A stretch of DNA of 43,232 bases, taken from contig NW_021832636.1 of NCBI RefSeq assembly GCF_006345805.1, forward strand, positions 1 to 43,232, written 5' to 3'. The stretch comes from Octopus sinensis (taxonomy: Eukaryota). Of the stretch, positions 25,181 through 36,798 are shown one piece after another (the stretch's first letter is position 1; the number at the start of each line of letters is the position of its first letter). The position numbers were made by a program, and so were the translations under genes. A model generated the notes under the pieces. It was given only the letters and a program-made list of their open reading frames with translations. It did no database searches and was not told the origin of the DNA.

Positions 25181-25569
25181 GGAGGCGCAATGGCCCAGTG
25201 GTTAGGGCAGCGGACTCGCGGTCGTAGGATCGCGGTTTCGATTCCCAGACCGAGCGTTGTGAGTGTTTATTGAGCGAAAACACCTAAAGCTCCACGAGGC
25301 TCCGGCAGGGGATGGTGGTGATCCCTGCTGTACTCTTTCACCACAACTTTCTCTCACTCTTACTTCCTGTTTCTGTTGTACCTGTATTTCAAAGAGCCGG
25401 CCTTGTCACTCTCTGTGTCATGCTGAATATCCCCGAGAACTACGTTAAGGGTGCACGTGTCTGTGGAGTGCTCAGCCACTTACACATTAATTTCACGAGC
25501 AGGATGTTCCGTTGAGTCGGATCAACCGGAACCCTCGTCGTCGCAACCGACGGAGTGCCTCCTACCTCC
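25181..25569 (+). mobile_element. SINE family B head with tail type 2
   Basis: 13-bp TSD TAATTTAATAACT (25164-25176 / 25570-25582). Confidence 0.9.
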
Positions 25570-26088
25570 TAATTTAATAACTATGATTTTGTTCGATTTT
25601 TTTATTTATTTACGTTTTTATCCTCTAATTCTGATTGTTATTCCTATATTCCCATTGTTATTCAGTTTCCTCCTTTTACTTATAGCCATTTTCATTTCTA
25701 TATTCCCATTCTTATTCCTTTATTCCCATTCTTATTCCTTAATATGGTTTTATTGTTTATTCCTATTTTTAATCCTTTCTTTCCGATTGCATTCATCTCC
25801 ATTACCCATTCTTATTCTTCCGTTTCCGCTCTTCTCCCTTCATTCCGATTTTTGACGAGGCCTCGTTTATTGTTTCATTTACATAATTAAATAGGGCCAG
25901 TTCTCTCTTTCTTTCTCTCTTTGTCTCTTCTCTCTCTGTCTATTTTCTCTTTCTCTCTCTCTCCTCTTCTCTCTCTTTTGCTCTCTTTCTTTCTCTCTTT
26001 CTATCTCTGCCACACACATACACACACAGAAACACACATACAAAAGAACACACAAATTTACACACACACCCATATATATATATATACG

Positions 26089-26159
<71 letters not shown>

Positions 26160-26263
26160 GATAGATAGATAGATAGATATACGTATATATATATAATATA
26201 TATATATATATGCGTATATATATATATATTATATACGTATATATATATATATATACGTATATA

Positions 26264-26324
<61 letters not shown>

Positions 26325-26376
26325 TTATATGCATATAATAGATAGACAGATAGGTAGGTAGGTAGGTGAGATAGAT

Positions 26377-26407
<31 letters not shown>

Positions 26408-26799
26408 TACATATGGATGGATGGATGGATGGATGGATGGATGGATGGATGGATGGATGGATGAATGGATGGATGGATGGATGGACGGATGGATGGATGG
26501 ATAAACTGAAGAATTTATTGTTGAAAACAAAAGTATCCACTGTCGAGTAGAAAGCACTCAGTACACCTATGTCCACAGAGTAAACGGACTTTTTATTCCC
26601 TGAAACCGACATTTTCGAGGTGTTCGCACTGTTTCAGTAGTACTCTTGAGAATATCGATCCAGAATTAAGCGAACATAAAATGAGAATGTAGTCGTTTTA
26701 AAATGTGAGGAATGGAATACCGGAAATAATAACGTAGAAACCCACTATCAGATACAACTATGCATACAGAGATATGGCCATTATTTGTGGTGTGACAAG

Positions 26800-27240
26800 G
26801 CTGTTGGTTTGTAAAAGGCATGAAACTTAGATATTTCTCTGAATGCAGTTCGAAAGTTGTTGAGAAATGGGTGTTTTAGTAATAAATATATGGTAGCTAT
26901 CTGTGGGAACAAAGATTGTATGAGTTGTTATTCCTCTTATATGCTTTTACTGTAGACCTCTATTTCTTTTAAGATGATATGATATTGAATTTTCTTTAAG
27001 CGATCAAATGTATAAACACAACGAAATTTGCTTCTGTCGTGTTTCTTAAATGAATACGTGTGCGGATAAAATCCTGATTTAAATTGATTTAAATGGATTT
27101 TGAGTTGTTAGAAATAACTAAGCATTTGTACCCAGTATCCTTAGCTATGTAATTCGGTTCTAGAGGGTAGTTATTGGGAGGCAGACAGTTGCAAGAGTTA
27201 TTGAGCTCTTGGTTAATGGTTTTGTTGTTTGCAAAGCGTG
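26800..27240 (-). pseudogene. Decayed Penelope-like element GIY-YIG endonuclease region
   Basis: SCNCLPPNNYPLEPNYIAKDTGYKCLV resembles CNC....CPL...C......YK; then FKSGFYPHTYSF, LKEN and KAY......YNLC across frameshifts. Confidence 0.65.
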
Positions 27241-27723
27241 GAGGTGTTACAATACGATAATTTATGGTCAAAGCTAGTTCAGTTTGCAAATTTATATATC
27301 GGCAATTCGTATCTCACTCCTTTATCACTCACCTAAGAATTGTTTCACTTTGAGATAAAATTCATAGTTGCAGGGTAATTAATTTAGAGACAAAAGAAGG
27401 ATAATTAGACATTCCATTCAGCACCATTCGCAGAATAGCTTGCACCTACACCCAACCGTTTCAAGAAAGATCGTCTGAAACCAACCAAAGTGTGCACGAA
27501 GAAAGAAATACGTGAGAAGAGATTATAGATGATGTGTGCAAACATGGCTATGGTTAAGAAATTTGCTTAGTAAACACGTAGTTTTGATCTCGATCCATCC
27601 AACAGCGTGTCACACTGAGTATCTTGTATTATAGCCCTGGTTGAAACAAAACCTTCGTAGTACATGGTAGATGAAAATTATGCTGATATTCATCAAAGCT
27701 ACTGTTCCTACTTTTGACTAATT

Positions 27724-28155
27724 GGATCTATTTGGTTTGAACGGCAGTTTTTTTTTTTAGCGGTGTCATATGAAATTGTCACCCATAATTATGACCCTAG
27801 TATCGATCTATTGCATTTCAATCTCTTTTAGGGTTAGGGTTAGTTAGGGTTAGGGGTGAGGGGAAGGGTATCTTTTTTTCTTCAGAAATGTAAATAAACC
27901 CAATCTGTTTCTTAAACGAGGGACATGTTCATACGGCACAGAATGTTTTTTTTACCGCAATAGATGTCACTGATTGGTTGAAATTGCAGAAATTGAAGAA
28001 TAAAAACAACAAATATCTTACAAACTATAGAATTTTCTCAAGAAAGCCAAGAGAAAAAGATTTTTTATAAACACATTCTACCAGTATACGAAGTTTAAAA
28101 TTTTTTAGTTACCTAGAAATTATGTTAAAAACTGCCGTTCAAACCGAAAAGATCC
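27724..28155 (-). mobile_element. Second copy of the Merlin-like telomeric-repeat MITE
   Basis: Same TIRs; 8-bp TSD GACTAATT (27716-27723 / 28156-28163); TTAGGG units at 27828-27861. Confidence 0.9.
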
Positions 28156-28377
28156 GACTAATTCTTGAGTGAAGTTAATGGTATGCAATCTACTGTAAAG
28201 CTCGAAAGAAGTTTCCTGTGTGTGAATAGCTTTTTCATTTACTCTCAACAGTCTTGGAAACTTGAAAATGGTCATAGGCCCTGTCTATCTACCTGTGACT
28301 AAGAAAAAAAAATCACAAGATTTGGCTTTATTCACAGCAACAAAACAACAGTATCTGTAACGTCAATAAAAAATAAT

Positions 28378-28541
28378 GCGTGGGTGTGGCCGAGTGGTAA
28401 GAAGCTCGTTCCCCGATCAGATGGTTCTGGGTTCAGTTCTACTAAGTGGCATCTTGAGAAAGTGTCTTTTACTATAGCCCACCATCGATCAAAACCTTGT
28501 GAATGGATCTGGTAGACAGAAACTGAAAGAAGCCCGTCGTA
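28378..28541 (+). mobile_element. 5' half of a family A SINE
   Basis: TGGCCGAGTGG...GGGTTCAGTTC...GAAAGAAGCCCGTCGTA. Confidence 0.75.
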
Positions 28542-28689
28542 CACACACACACACACATATGCATATATATAATATATATTATATATATTATAATATATAT
28601 AACAAAATTAATAGATTAAAACCATATGCATATATGCATACATATATGTACGTACACCTACATCTACATGTATATATATATACATATAT

Positions 28690-29310
28690 GGGTACAGGAC
28701 ACAAAAAAAAAACGTCGAACACAATGAGAAACGAAAACATAAACACAAAACCAAGGAAATAGACATTTTTCTTAAACAACGAAAAAATAGAGTACAGGAC
28801 ATAGAACACAAGGAAAATTCCCCTTCTTCAGTCGCCTCTGTTTCATCTACTCTGCGTTTCGAAGGTCAAGGCGAGACATATACATATATGGACTATCTTA
28901 AGAATAGCACGTATCCTATCTCTCTCTTCTGTCTCTTCTCTCGTCAAAAAAAAATATTTCTCCAGCGTTCGCTATTTTATCCTCGCTCTGGTCTAACGAT
29001 CCTCCATGTTTGTCTTCGTTCGGTCTCCTTGTATGTCTCCACTGTCCTGTTTTTGTTCCCAACTTTGACCCTCCATAAATCCCAAATTTTACTTTGGTAC
29101 TTATGGGAGCAACTGTCCCCGACGACTCATATTGCCGTTCAATGCTCGAAATGAGGATTTGATACACAGCCGACAACAGATGAAGGGTCATCCTTTATGT
29201 TACCTGTCCTGTTTTACATTTGTTTCTTTCGTTGTTTGCGTATTGAAATCATTTGCTTTCGTATTTCATATTGTTTACTGTTAGTGACGTCCTGTGCCCA
29301 TATATGCATG
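28690..29310. mobile_element. Two related Penelope-type terminal fragments in divergent orientation (28690-28880 minus; 28890-29310 plus)
   Basis: Both read GAAA...C(T/A)GA(A/T)GAAGGG...CCTT...TGTCCTGT...GTCCTGT(A/G)CCCATATATG into TA repeats. Confidence 0.5.
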
Positions 29311-29465
29311 TATATATATATATTATATATATATATATGAGAGTATATGTGATCCACCACCATGCCGAAATAGCAGTCAAATCCTGACACTAAAAACCAC
29401 CTAAAATGTTCATATAGCACCATGAGATAAGAGAGAGACAAAATAAACTAGCAAAAAAGATATTA

Positions 29466-29538
29466 CTGGATAATTCAAGATCCTGGATTTCTAGCTTTGC
29501 TTCAAATAAGCTCTGCTTTCATCAGTTGAATATACCAG
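29466..29538 (-). ncRNA. Minimal type I hammerhead ribozyme
   Basis: Minus strand: CTGG-TAT-ATTCAA CTGATGA a-AGC-aga-GCTT-atttg-AAGC-aaa-GCT-a GAAA TCC-A-GGA TC TTGAAT-TAT-CCAG; core and all three stems present. Confidence 0.75.
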
Positions 29539-29644
29539 ATGGAAACATAAATACAAATATATATATATACAGAACACACGTTATACTTCGATATTATCCT
29601 TATTTATAAATTTATATATTATATAAATATATATATATTATATA

Positions 29645-30040
29645 TCTTCTTTATATATAAAGAGAGGTTGTGTGCTGTCTGTCTCCTACGATTTAGATCC
29701 TCCTAACTACTCCCACATTTGCGGTGCATGCAGTTTAACCAAAACGGGTATCTTATAGTCGTGATTCATATCGAACCCTCTGGGTATTAGCGCGCGTCTA
29801 CGATGAGTCTACGATTTTAAAAAAATTTACTATCAATTTTTCCCATTTTAATGCATTTTTGGCATTATAAAGGGAGTAACTCTCGAAAATTTATTATTAA
29901 ATCTCAGAACGTAAAAAAAGCTACAGTAACACCACCCTCCTTTGTGGTTAACCATATTGAGATGACTATTATACTTTACATCTCTAAAATGCTATATAGA
30001 CTATTTCCCTTATAACCGTGCAACGCCGGCGATCTGCTAG
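29645..30040 (+). mobile_element. Non-autonomous Helitron, copy 3 (many small indels)
   Basis: A|TC...GCAACGCCGGCGATCTGCTAG|T within a TA tract. Confidence 0.8.
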
Positions 30041-30047
30041 TTATATA

Positions 30048-30088
<41 letters not shown>

Positions 30089-30096
30089 TATATATA

Positions 30097-30127
<31 letters not shown>

Positions 30128-30706
30128 TATATACTGTGGGCGGCGGCGGTCAGGTAGCGGGTAGGTGGTGGTGGTGGTGGTGGTGGTGGTGGTGATGGTG
30201 ATGGTGGTGGTGGCGGTGTGTGGTGATGATGATGATGATGAGTGTGAGGAGCAGGAGCAGGAGGAGGAGGTTACGTGTAATTAATTGGAAAATCATGATA
30301 TCGTAACATTGTTTTGGCTAATAAAATTTACAGACTTGAATGATATATATATAGATCTTGAAATCAAAGCTAGATTCTAGATACATCTAAAGACAACTTG
30401 AAGAACGGTGTGCATTAGAGCCTGTGATATCAGGGGGAAAATTGGTTTCTGATATCATAATTTAATTCTTTTTTCTTTAACATTTTAAGAGTTCATACTT
30501 ATCATGTCACAAGCAGCAATAATTTAATTTGCGTTAAGAATTAAAAGAAGTGCAATATTTTGGAAATAAGAACACAGTTTCATGATTTCGTTAGAACAGA
30601 GATTGTGATAAATATGTATTTTTGTATTGGAGTCAATAATTTTGCAAGTAATTCAATTCCAGTTTAGTCAAAACTGTCCCAGATGTTCGAATTATTTTCA
30701 TGTTAT

Positions 30707-30877
30707 AGCGTAGAAGTGGCTCTGTGGTAAGTAGCTTGCTTACGAACCACATGGTTCCGGGTTCAGTCCCACTACGTGGCACCTTGAGCAGGTGTCTTCT
30801 ACTATAACCACGGGCCGACCAAAGCCTTGTAAGTGGATTTGGTAGACGGAAACTGAAAGAAGCCCGTCGTATATATG

Positions 30878-30941
<64 letters not shown>

Positions 30942-31156
30942 TGTGTTTGTGTGTCTGTGTTTGTCCCCCCCAACATCGCTTGACAACCGATGCTGGTGTG
31001 TTTACGTCCCCGTAACTTAGTGGTTCGGCAAAAGAGACCGATAGAATAAGTACTAGGCTTACAAAGAATAAGTCGTGGGATCGATTTGCTCGACTAAAGG
31101 CGGTGCTCCAGTATCGCCACAATCACGTGACTGAAACAAGTAAAAAGAGTAAGAGT
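30707..31156 (+). mobile_element. SINE family A
   Basis: Full-length match to 1582-2004. Confidence 0.9.
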
Positions 31157-31419
31157 ATAGCAGTTTAGAACCAGACTAGCCCTGTTCGAGAGAATCTCTC
31201 ATAATGAAAGGTATTCCGACCGCGACCTCTCATCTATTTTTCATACTTTATGTAGTTTCTCAGCCCTATGGCAATCAATTCGTCGCCGGGCTTAATTTGT
31301 CGTCAGTATCCAAGGCAGAATTTTACCAAACTATCAAATTTTATTATTCTAGTTTCAGATTATAATGTATATTCTATTACTCATGATTCTTACGATTCTA
31401 TTGCAAAACTCTATGTAAT

Positions 31420-31807
31420 AGGCGCAGGAGTGGCTGTGTGGTAAGTAGCTTGCTAACCAACCACATGGTTCCGGGTTCAGTCCCACTGCGTGGCATCTTG
31501 GGCAAGTGTCTTCTGCTATAGCCCCGGGCCGACAAAGGCCTTGTGAGTGGATTTGGTAGACGGAAACTGAAAGAAGCCTGTCGTATATATATATGTGAGG
31601 GGGGGCTGTGTGTCTGTGTTTGTCCCCCTAGCATTGCTTGACAACCGATGCTGGTGTGTTTACGTCCCCGTCACTTAGCGGTTCGGCAAAAGAGACCGAT
31701 AGAATAAGTACTGGGCTTACAAAGAATAAGTCCCGGGGTCGATTTGATCGACTAAAGGCGGTGCTCCAGCATGGCCGCAGTTAAATGACTGAAACAATTA
31801 AAAGAGT
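31420..31807 (+). mobile_element. SINE family A
   Basis: Full-length match to 1582-2004. Confidence 0.9.
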
Positions 31808-31906
31808 AATGGTTCTTTAACAAATGCTTTCCTGCGTTATACTGAATGCATCGAAACAGTTATTTGCAAATGACACAGAGAGAAAATAGATGAATATGTA
31901 AATAAT

Positions 31907-32190
31907 TATTATTTATGCGCCCTTTTCCAAGCGTAGCCAGGCTCATGGGCACGGTTTCCCGGTTTCTATGGCGTACGTGTCCTCCGCAGCTGGACGGGAC
32001 GCCACTCCATCGTAGCGTTACTCAAGAAACTAGAAGGAGTGAGAGAATGTTGGGGTGAAAGAGTACAACAGGGGTCGCCACCACCCCATGCCGGAGCCTC
32101 GTGGAGCTTTAGGTGTTTTCGCTCAATAAACACACACAACGCCCGGTCTGAGAATCGAAACCGCGAGTCCGCTGCCCTAACCACTGGGCC
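31907..32190 (-). mobile_element. SINE family B head with tail type 3
   Basis: 13-bp TSD ATATGTAAATAAT (31894-31906 / 32191-32203). Confidence 0.9.
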
Positions 32191-32219
32191 ATATGTAAAT
32201 AATACTTGCATATTAATAT

Positions 32220-32425
32220 TCGTTTCAAATTTTGACAAAAGGCCAGCGAGTTCGAGGGTGGAGACAAGTCAATTAAACCGATCCCAGTATCAACTGGTAC
32301 TTATTTTATCAACACCGACTGGATGAAAGGCGAAGTCGACTTCAATGGAATTTAAACTCAAAATGTATAGGCGAACGAAATATCGCTAAGCATTTTGTCC
32401 GGCGCGCTAACGATTCTGCCAGCTT
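32220..32425 (-). mobile_element. Diverged family C SINE
   Basis: GGATGAAAGGCGAAGTCGAC...GCTAACGATTCTGCCAGC. Confidence 0.75.
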
Positions 32426-32514
32426 GGTTATTAATGTACAAGAAAAAGAATATCAAAAGATATATTTTATAAAAAAAAATGTCACATCCATTCAATACAT
32501 CTTCTGACCCCACT

Positions 32515-32822
32515 GTTCCTGGAAACGTTGTGGGAGAAGGGGAGGAGTTCTCGGATGTTCAACCATAGGCTCCTATCAGAAGCGACTATCATTACACTTT
32601 TCGGCTAGATACCCAAGCGTGACTAACTGAAACTATTAATATCATCCCATCATCTTTTTCTTGATGTACTCCGAGATTTCCTACTGGTCGGCACAGCTTG
32701 AAGAATCTGTCTTGCGATTCGTTCCGGCGACATTGTAATCACGTGTCCTGTAGCACCGGATCTAAGACCTCTCAATGCAGAGATGTAGGTCGAGTGGCTC
32801 AGATATCAAGGAGTCTCTCCAG
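32515..32822 (-). mobile_element. Decayed RTE-clade LINE 3' end (Rex3/Expander-like)
   Basis: IERS*IRCY/GHVITMSPERIARQILQAVPTSRKSRSTSRKR*WDDI...RLGI*P...VASDRSLW matches LRWFGHV.RM...GKRPRGRPR.RW...A.DR..W. Confidence 0.75.
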
Positions 32823-33119
32823 GTAAAAATAACTCAAATATTTTATTAATTTAAGAGATGAATTCATCAAGAATCACAAAATAACTGATGTTAATATCGA
32901 AAGATATTGAGATAATAAAATTACAGATTACGAGCAACTACTTTCAAGAAATAAAAATTTTATGTTCAGAATCATAACTGTCTACCATACTTTTAATGCG
33001 ATTGTTCATATATTTGAAATTCCTCTTTGTATAATATTTACAATTCAGCAGTTATAAATCTGTATTCAGATTTTAACACATCCGTGATTACCCGAATATT
33101 GATTTCAAACGTTGACCCA

Positions 33120-33293
33120 GGGCCAGCAATTATTGGTGATAATTGTCAGTCAGTGATAACCTAGTACTCATTTTATTGACTCCAATAGGATGAAAGGCAA
33201 AGTCAATCCTTGCGGAATTCGAACTCAGAACGTAAAGACAATACTTCTAAGCATTTTGCCCAGCTTTCTAACGATTCTGCAAGCTCGCCGCCT
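33120..33293 (-). mobile_element. Diverged family C SINE
   Basis: GGATGAAAGGCAAAGTC...GAACTCAGAACGT...GCTCGCCGCC. Confidence 0.75.
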
Positions 33294-33519
33294 TATCTTC
33301 CAGTTTAATATTTCCTCCTAACACATAGGTATCTTTAGCGAAGACCCTCTGTTGCATGCATTCGTGCCAGGTTTCTGGTCTGAGGATATAGTTCCTCTCA
33401 CCAGTCTCGGAAGTCCGGAGAAGGGTCATATGCTCTGCCTTTTCTTCCCTCACAAATCCATATATTGGGTTGTCCGGAAAGTTCGTGCCGATTTTTAAAG
33501 GAAAGAAAAAGATCAATAA

Positions 33520-34482
33520 ATTGAGAAAAAGTGAAAAACCTCCCTGTCGAAACAAAACTCCGGAAGAAAACCAAAACTTTCAGATAGGGACCGTCAGACA
33601 CTTACGCGAATTGTTAGAAAGTACAGCTCCCAAAATTACTTCATTAACTTAATGACCTCCTCGAGAACACAGTTTCCATAAATACTTTTCGACGGGAGCT
33701 GCACAAAGCCGGATTTTACGGGCGTGAGGTGGTGGCTGTAATCAGAAAACCACTACTTTCAAAAACAAATGTTGCAAAGCGTTTAGAGTGGAGTGAAAAC
33801 CTACAGAATTGGTCCCTAGAGGAGTAAAAGAATGTTATTTTCTCGGACGAGTCATCCCTTACCTTATTTCCGACTACCGGCCGAGTATACGTGTGGAGAC
33901 AGCCAAAAGAAGCATTTGACCCAGACTGCCTTCTTCCAACTGTTAAACATGAAAGAGGATCTGTGATGATGGAGCGGGGGGGGGTTATATCTTTGAAATC
34001 CACTGACCCAATGGTTTCTCTTCATGGCAGAATTAATAGTCAAGACTATTTAAGTATTTTTTCTGATCAAATTCATCCTATGGTTGAGGAACTGTATCCG
34101 GAGGGAAACGCAATCTTTCAGGATGATAATACACCAATTCACACAGCTAAAGTTGTTACTGAATGGCACGAGGAACATTCTAGTGAAGTTAAACATCTTA
34201 TCTGGCCACCACAGTCCCCAGATCTCGATATTATTGAACATTTAAGGCGCATTTTAGAAAAACAAGCAAGGAGTCGATATCCTCTACCATCATCACCACA
34301 AGAACTGGAGACTGTTTTAGCTGAAGAATGGACGAAAATTCTTTTGGAAACAATTCAAACTTTGTACGAGTCCACACCTCGTAGAATTCAAGCTGTAATT
34401 ACTACCAAAAGCGATCCTACCCCATATTAAAATAAATTTGTTTGAAATTTTAAGGTGTTTCCATTATTTTGTCCAACCCCTA
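33520..34482 (+). mobile_element. 5'-truncated Tc1-like DNA transposon
   Basis: Right TIR GGTGTTTCCATTATTTTGTCCAACCCCT(A)+TA; transposase remnant inside; no matching left TIR. Confidence 0.9.
33545..34430 (+). pseudogene. Tc1-family transposase pseudogene, DD36E spacing
   Basis: SGRKPKLSDRD, RRELHKAGFYGR, RKPLLS, in-frame stop at 33825, VIFSDES, FQDDNTPIH, WPPQSPDLDIIE. Confidence 0.9.
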
Positions 34483-34659
34483 TAGGTCAGCAACCATTAC
34501 CATATTAGCAGTGTATATAGGTTAGATATTCTCCAGGCAATGTGTTGAGATGTGATATTGGCGAGTCATGGACATGGGTGAGTCTAAAATGTAATGGGTA
34601 ATGGGTGCTGACCCCTATATTTGTGACTGTCCGTCTTCTAAATTTGGCTATACCATACT

Positions 34660-34735
34660 CCTACTACTACTACCACTTCTCCTACTACCTCTTCTACTAC
34701 TACTACTACTACTACTACTTTTACTACTACTTCTT

Positions 34736-34769
<34 letters not shown>

Positions 34770-34780
34770 TACTACTACTT

Positions 34781-34817
<37 letters not shown>

Positions 34818-35172
34818 TACATCTACTACTACTACTACTACTTACTACTACTACTACTACTACTTTTACTACTACTTCTACTACTAATACTACTACTACT
34901 ACTACTTCTCCTACTACATCTACTACTACTACTAATACTTTTAGTACTACTTCTACTACTTCTACTACTACTACTACTACTACTTCTACTACAACTTCTA
35001 CTACAACTTCTACTACTACTACTACTACTTCTACTACTACTACTATTACTTTTACTACTACTTCTACTACTACTACTACTACTTTTACTACAACTACTAC
35101 TACTACTACTACTACTACCACTACTACTTCTATTACTACTACCACTACTACTACTATTGCTGCTACTTCTAC
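34660..35172. repeat. (CTA)n microsatellite with CTT interruptions
   Basis: Direct reading. Confidence 0.95.
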
Positions 35173-35663
35173 TAGGTATTACTCCTTCGATTGCTCCCCC
35201 CACCCGCACTTGTAACCTGCATTTCCCCTATTCTGCCTAAACATCTCAATCTTTCTTCCATCACCTTCCTCCATACAATAATCATTCTTCAAGTGTTCTG
35301 CTTGTAACTTCCAGCAATGGCTCTGACGAAAGTAGCATTAATTTTCTTCAGGTCGTTCAATTTATCTCAATTAATTATATAAACGAATTGAGTAAACTTA
35401 TCGGTAATGTACCTGTAATGACTTCTGGAATGAGCTGTAAGCCAAATTTACTCTAATGAAGGAATTAGCGTATTTGATGGCCTATAAGACGCACAAGTGC
35501 ACAGAACGAACTCTAGCCGAGGGTAGACATTTGTAAAAATAAATTCCAATAAATTAACATTTTAATTTGTCCACTTACCTGTGTAACTTTATGTTATTAC
35601 CGGTAATTATAAGCAATTTATTGCATCCACATTCGATATAAACATACCGTAAGCGATTGTTCA

Positions 35664-35679
35664 CCAACAGATGGCAGCA
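35664..35679 (+). promoter_or_regulatory. Candidate CTCF site
   Basis: CCAACAGATGGCAGCA fits CCANNAG(A/G)(G/T)GGC(A/G); motif match only. Confidence 0.35.
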
Positions 35680-35845
35680 CACGTTTTGTAAACATACATA
35701 CCGTTTTGTGAGAGTTTTGAGCTTACATTGAGAGCATTGGACGCAGTGGGGTGGGTTAAAGCCATTTTGGGGTAAAAAAAAAAAGATGCATCTTATAGGC
35801 CATCAAATAGGTGTATGTAAACAATATTATTTTAAACTTGTTTCT

Positions 35846-35884
<39 letters not shown>

Positions 35885-35909
35885 ATATATATATATATAT
35901 GTATATATA

Positions 35910-36296
35910 TCTTTATATATAAAAGTAAGGTTGTGTGTCTGTCTACTCTGATTTAGATTCCTAACTACTCCCACATTTTGCGGTGCAGTTTAACCAAAAC
36001 CGGGTATCTTATAGTCGTGATTCATATCGAGCCCTTCTGGGTATTAGCGCGCGTCTACGATGAGTCTACGATTTTAAAAATAATTTACCATCATTTTTTT
36101 CTATTTTAATGCATATTTTTAAAGGGAAGTAACTCTCTAAAAATGTCTACGATGAGTCAACGATTTTTAAAAAAAATTACCATCATATTTTTTCCCTTTT
36201 TAATGCATTCTTTTGCTATTTTTTTGCTATAACTCTCTAAAAATGCTTTATAGTTATTTCCCTTACAAACCCGAGCAACGCCGGGCGATACTGCTA

Positions 36297-36297
<1 letters not shown>
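35910..36297 (+). mobile_element. Non-autonomous Helitron, copy 4
   Basis: A|TCTTTATATATAAAAG...CCCGAGCAACGCCGGGCGATACTGCTAG|T. Confidence 0.9.
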
Positions 36298-36344
<47 letters not shown>

Positions 36345-36723
36345 AATATAAAAGGGTAATATTAATTAATTATTAATTAATAATTTTACCAAGTAGTGTT
36401 CAGTATGTAAAAAGACCATTTACGGTATATTTATAATTAAAATTTAAACCTTGGGCTGATCATGGAAATGTTGATAGGAGTATGTATTTCTAGCATCTCT
36501 ATATCTAACTAATCCAGAAACGGCGTTCTCAAGTAATCGATGTACGTGTGATCTTTCGTTGCTTTTCCCTCTATACCTACGTGAATTATTTTTGAGTATA
36601 CATTGTCTGGGAGACTTTTCTTATAGTAGAAGGAATCGCTAAGATTTTTGGGGCTGCTATTTCTAAAAGTTCGGTGTGTGGTAAAGTAAATTTTTTTACT
36701 GAACCCTAATTATATAACGTAAT

Positions 36724-36798
<75 letters not shown>

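Noticed and set aside
25181-25252. tRNA gene
   Set aside because: A and B boxes belong to a SINE head continuing into a repeated body bounded by a TSD; the same applies to the other heads.
34601-35240. 204- and 211-aa ORFs with hydrophobic runs
   Set aside because: (CTA)n repeat artefacts.
35322-35352. CTGACGA hammerhead core
   Set aside because: No stem II followed by GAAA and no closing stems.
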